From Vitrella brassicaformis CCMP3155 (taxonomy: Eukaryota; Protista; Chromerida): DNA of 64,000 nucleotides. Position 1 is the first letter of the stretch. Each line of letters starts with the position of its first letter. The position numbers and the translations under genes were made by a program. Positions 63,634 to 64,000 of the stretch are shown piece after piece. The notes under the pieces were generated by a model, which saw nothing but the letters and a program-made list of their open reading frames with translations, had not been told where the DNA came from and ran no database searches. The stretch is from NCBI GenBank assembly GCA_001179505.1, contig CDMY01000261.1, positions 80,936 through 144,935 on the forward strand, read 5' to 3'.

Positions 63634-64000
63634 CCCAGCTCACTGATGTTGTTTGACACGTACATGTGTGTGTCGCGGGCGTGGCGTGGGTGGGGTGGCG
63701 TATATGTGTGAATGTGCGAGTGTGTGTATATATATATGTTCTACAACCCTTCTCGTCCTCAATTTCTCGTCCTCCACTCCATCATCTTCACTTCCCTCCA
63801 GAGCGGTTTCACGGAATGTCCAAAAAGAGCCACGCAGGAACCCCAAGCTTAAGGAAATTCGAAGCGTGCGACGTGCGCCTGTTCTTCTCTCTTCTTCTTC
63901 CGAATCATCCATGTTTCCGAGAGGCGAGGGCGCGAGAATCACTCAATCGGCTGGAGATGAAGCAATGTCTTCGAGAGGAGACTCAGTGCCGGCTGCTCAG

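Noticed and set aside
63640-63942. 100-aa minus-strand ORF at the window end
   Set aside because: No domain, it ends in CA-repeat translation and context is truncated; it may be UTR or part of a gene outside the window.

Overview
Eukaryotic, GC-rich, intron-dense genomic DNA. Most introns are about 70-130 nt and carry (GT)n, (GTCT)n, (GATG)n or (GGCT)n microsatellites, usually on the sense strand, so most ORF-track entries are intron read-throughs or antisense shadows. I rebuilt the genes by hand from splice signals and reading frame. A Kelch-fused MORC ATPase, a protein with a bipartite plastid-type presequence and the intron style suggest a photosynthetic relative of apicomplexans (chromerid, Vitrella-like); this is inference and was not checked by search. 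Recognisable genes: Kelch-MORC (5'-partial, with a 300-nt N gap), mitochondrial SSADH, an ARF GTPase, an ankyrin-repeat protein, RRP36, DIM1, TIM10 and topoisomerase III alpha. Unassigned content: three copies of a low-complexity/coiled-coil gene family, three secreted proteins, a plastid-targeted small protein, a frameshifted kinase, a BCL7-like protein, a ~1556-aa multi-pass membrane F-box/RCC1 protein and a ~9.4-kb coding desert. The most notable signals are: (1) the membrane-F-box-RCC1-membrane architecture; (2) a duplication that copied the TIM10 bidirectional promoter plus its first codons, leaving a TIM10-derived ATG at the head of a new spliced ORF; (3) a MORC with His at the GHKL catalytic Glu position; (4) the intron-split BCL7-like motif; (5) recurring telomere-like motifs, several arranged as inverted pairs, upstream of genes. 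No rRNA, tRNA, CRISPR array, transposase or reverse transcriptase was seen.
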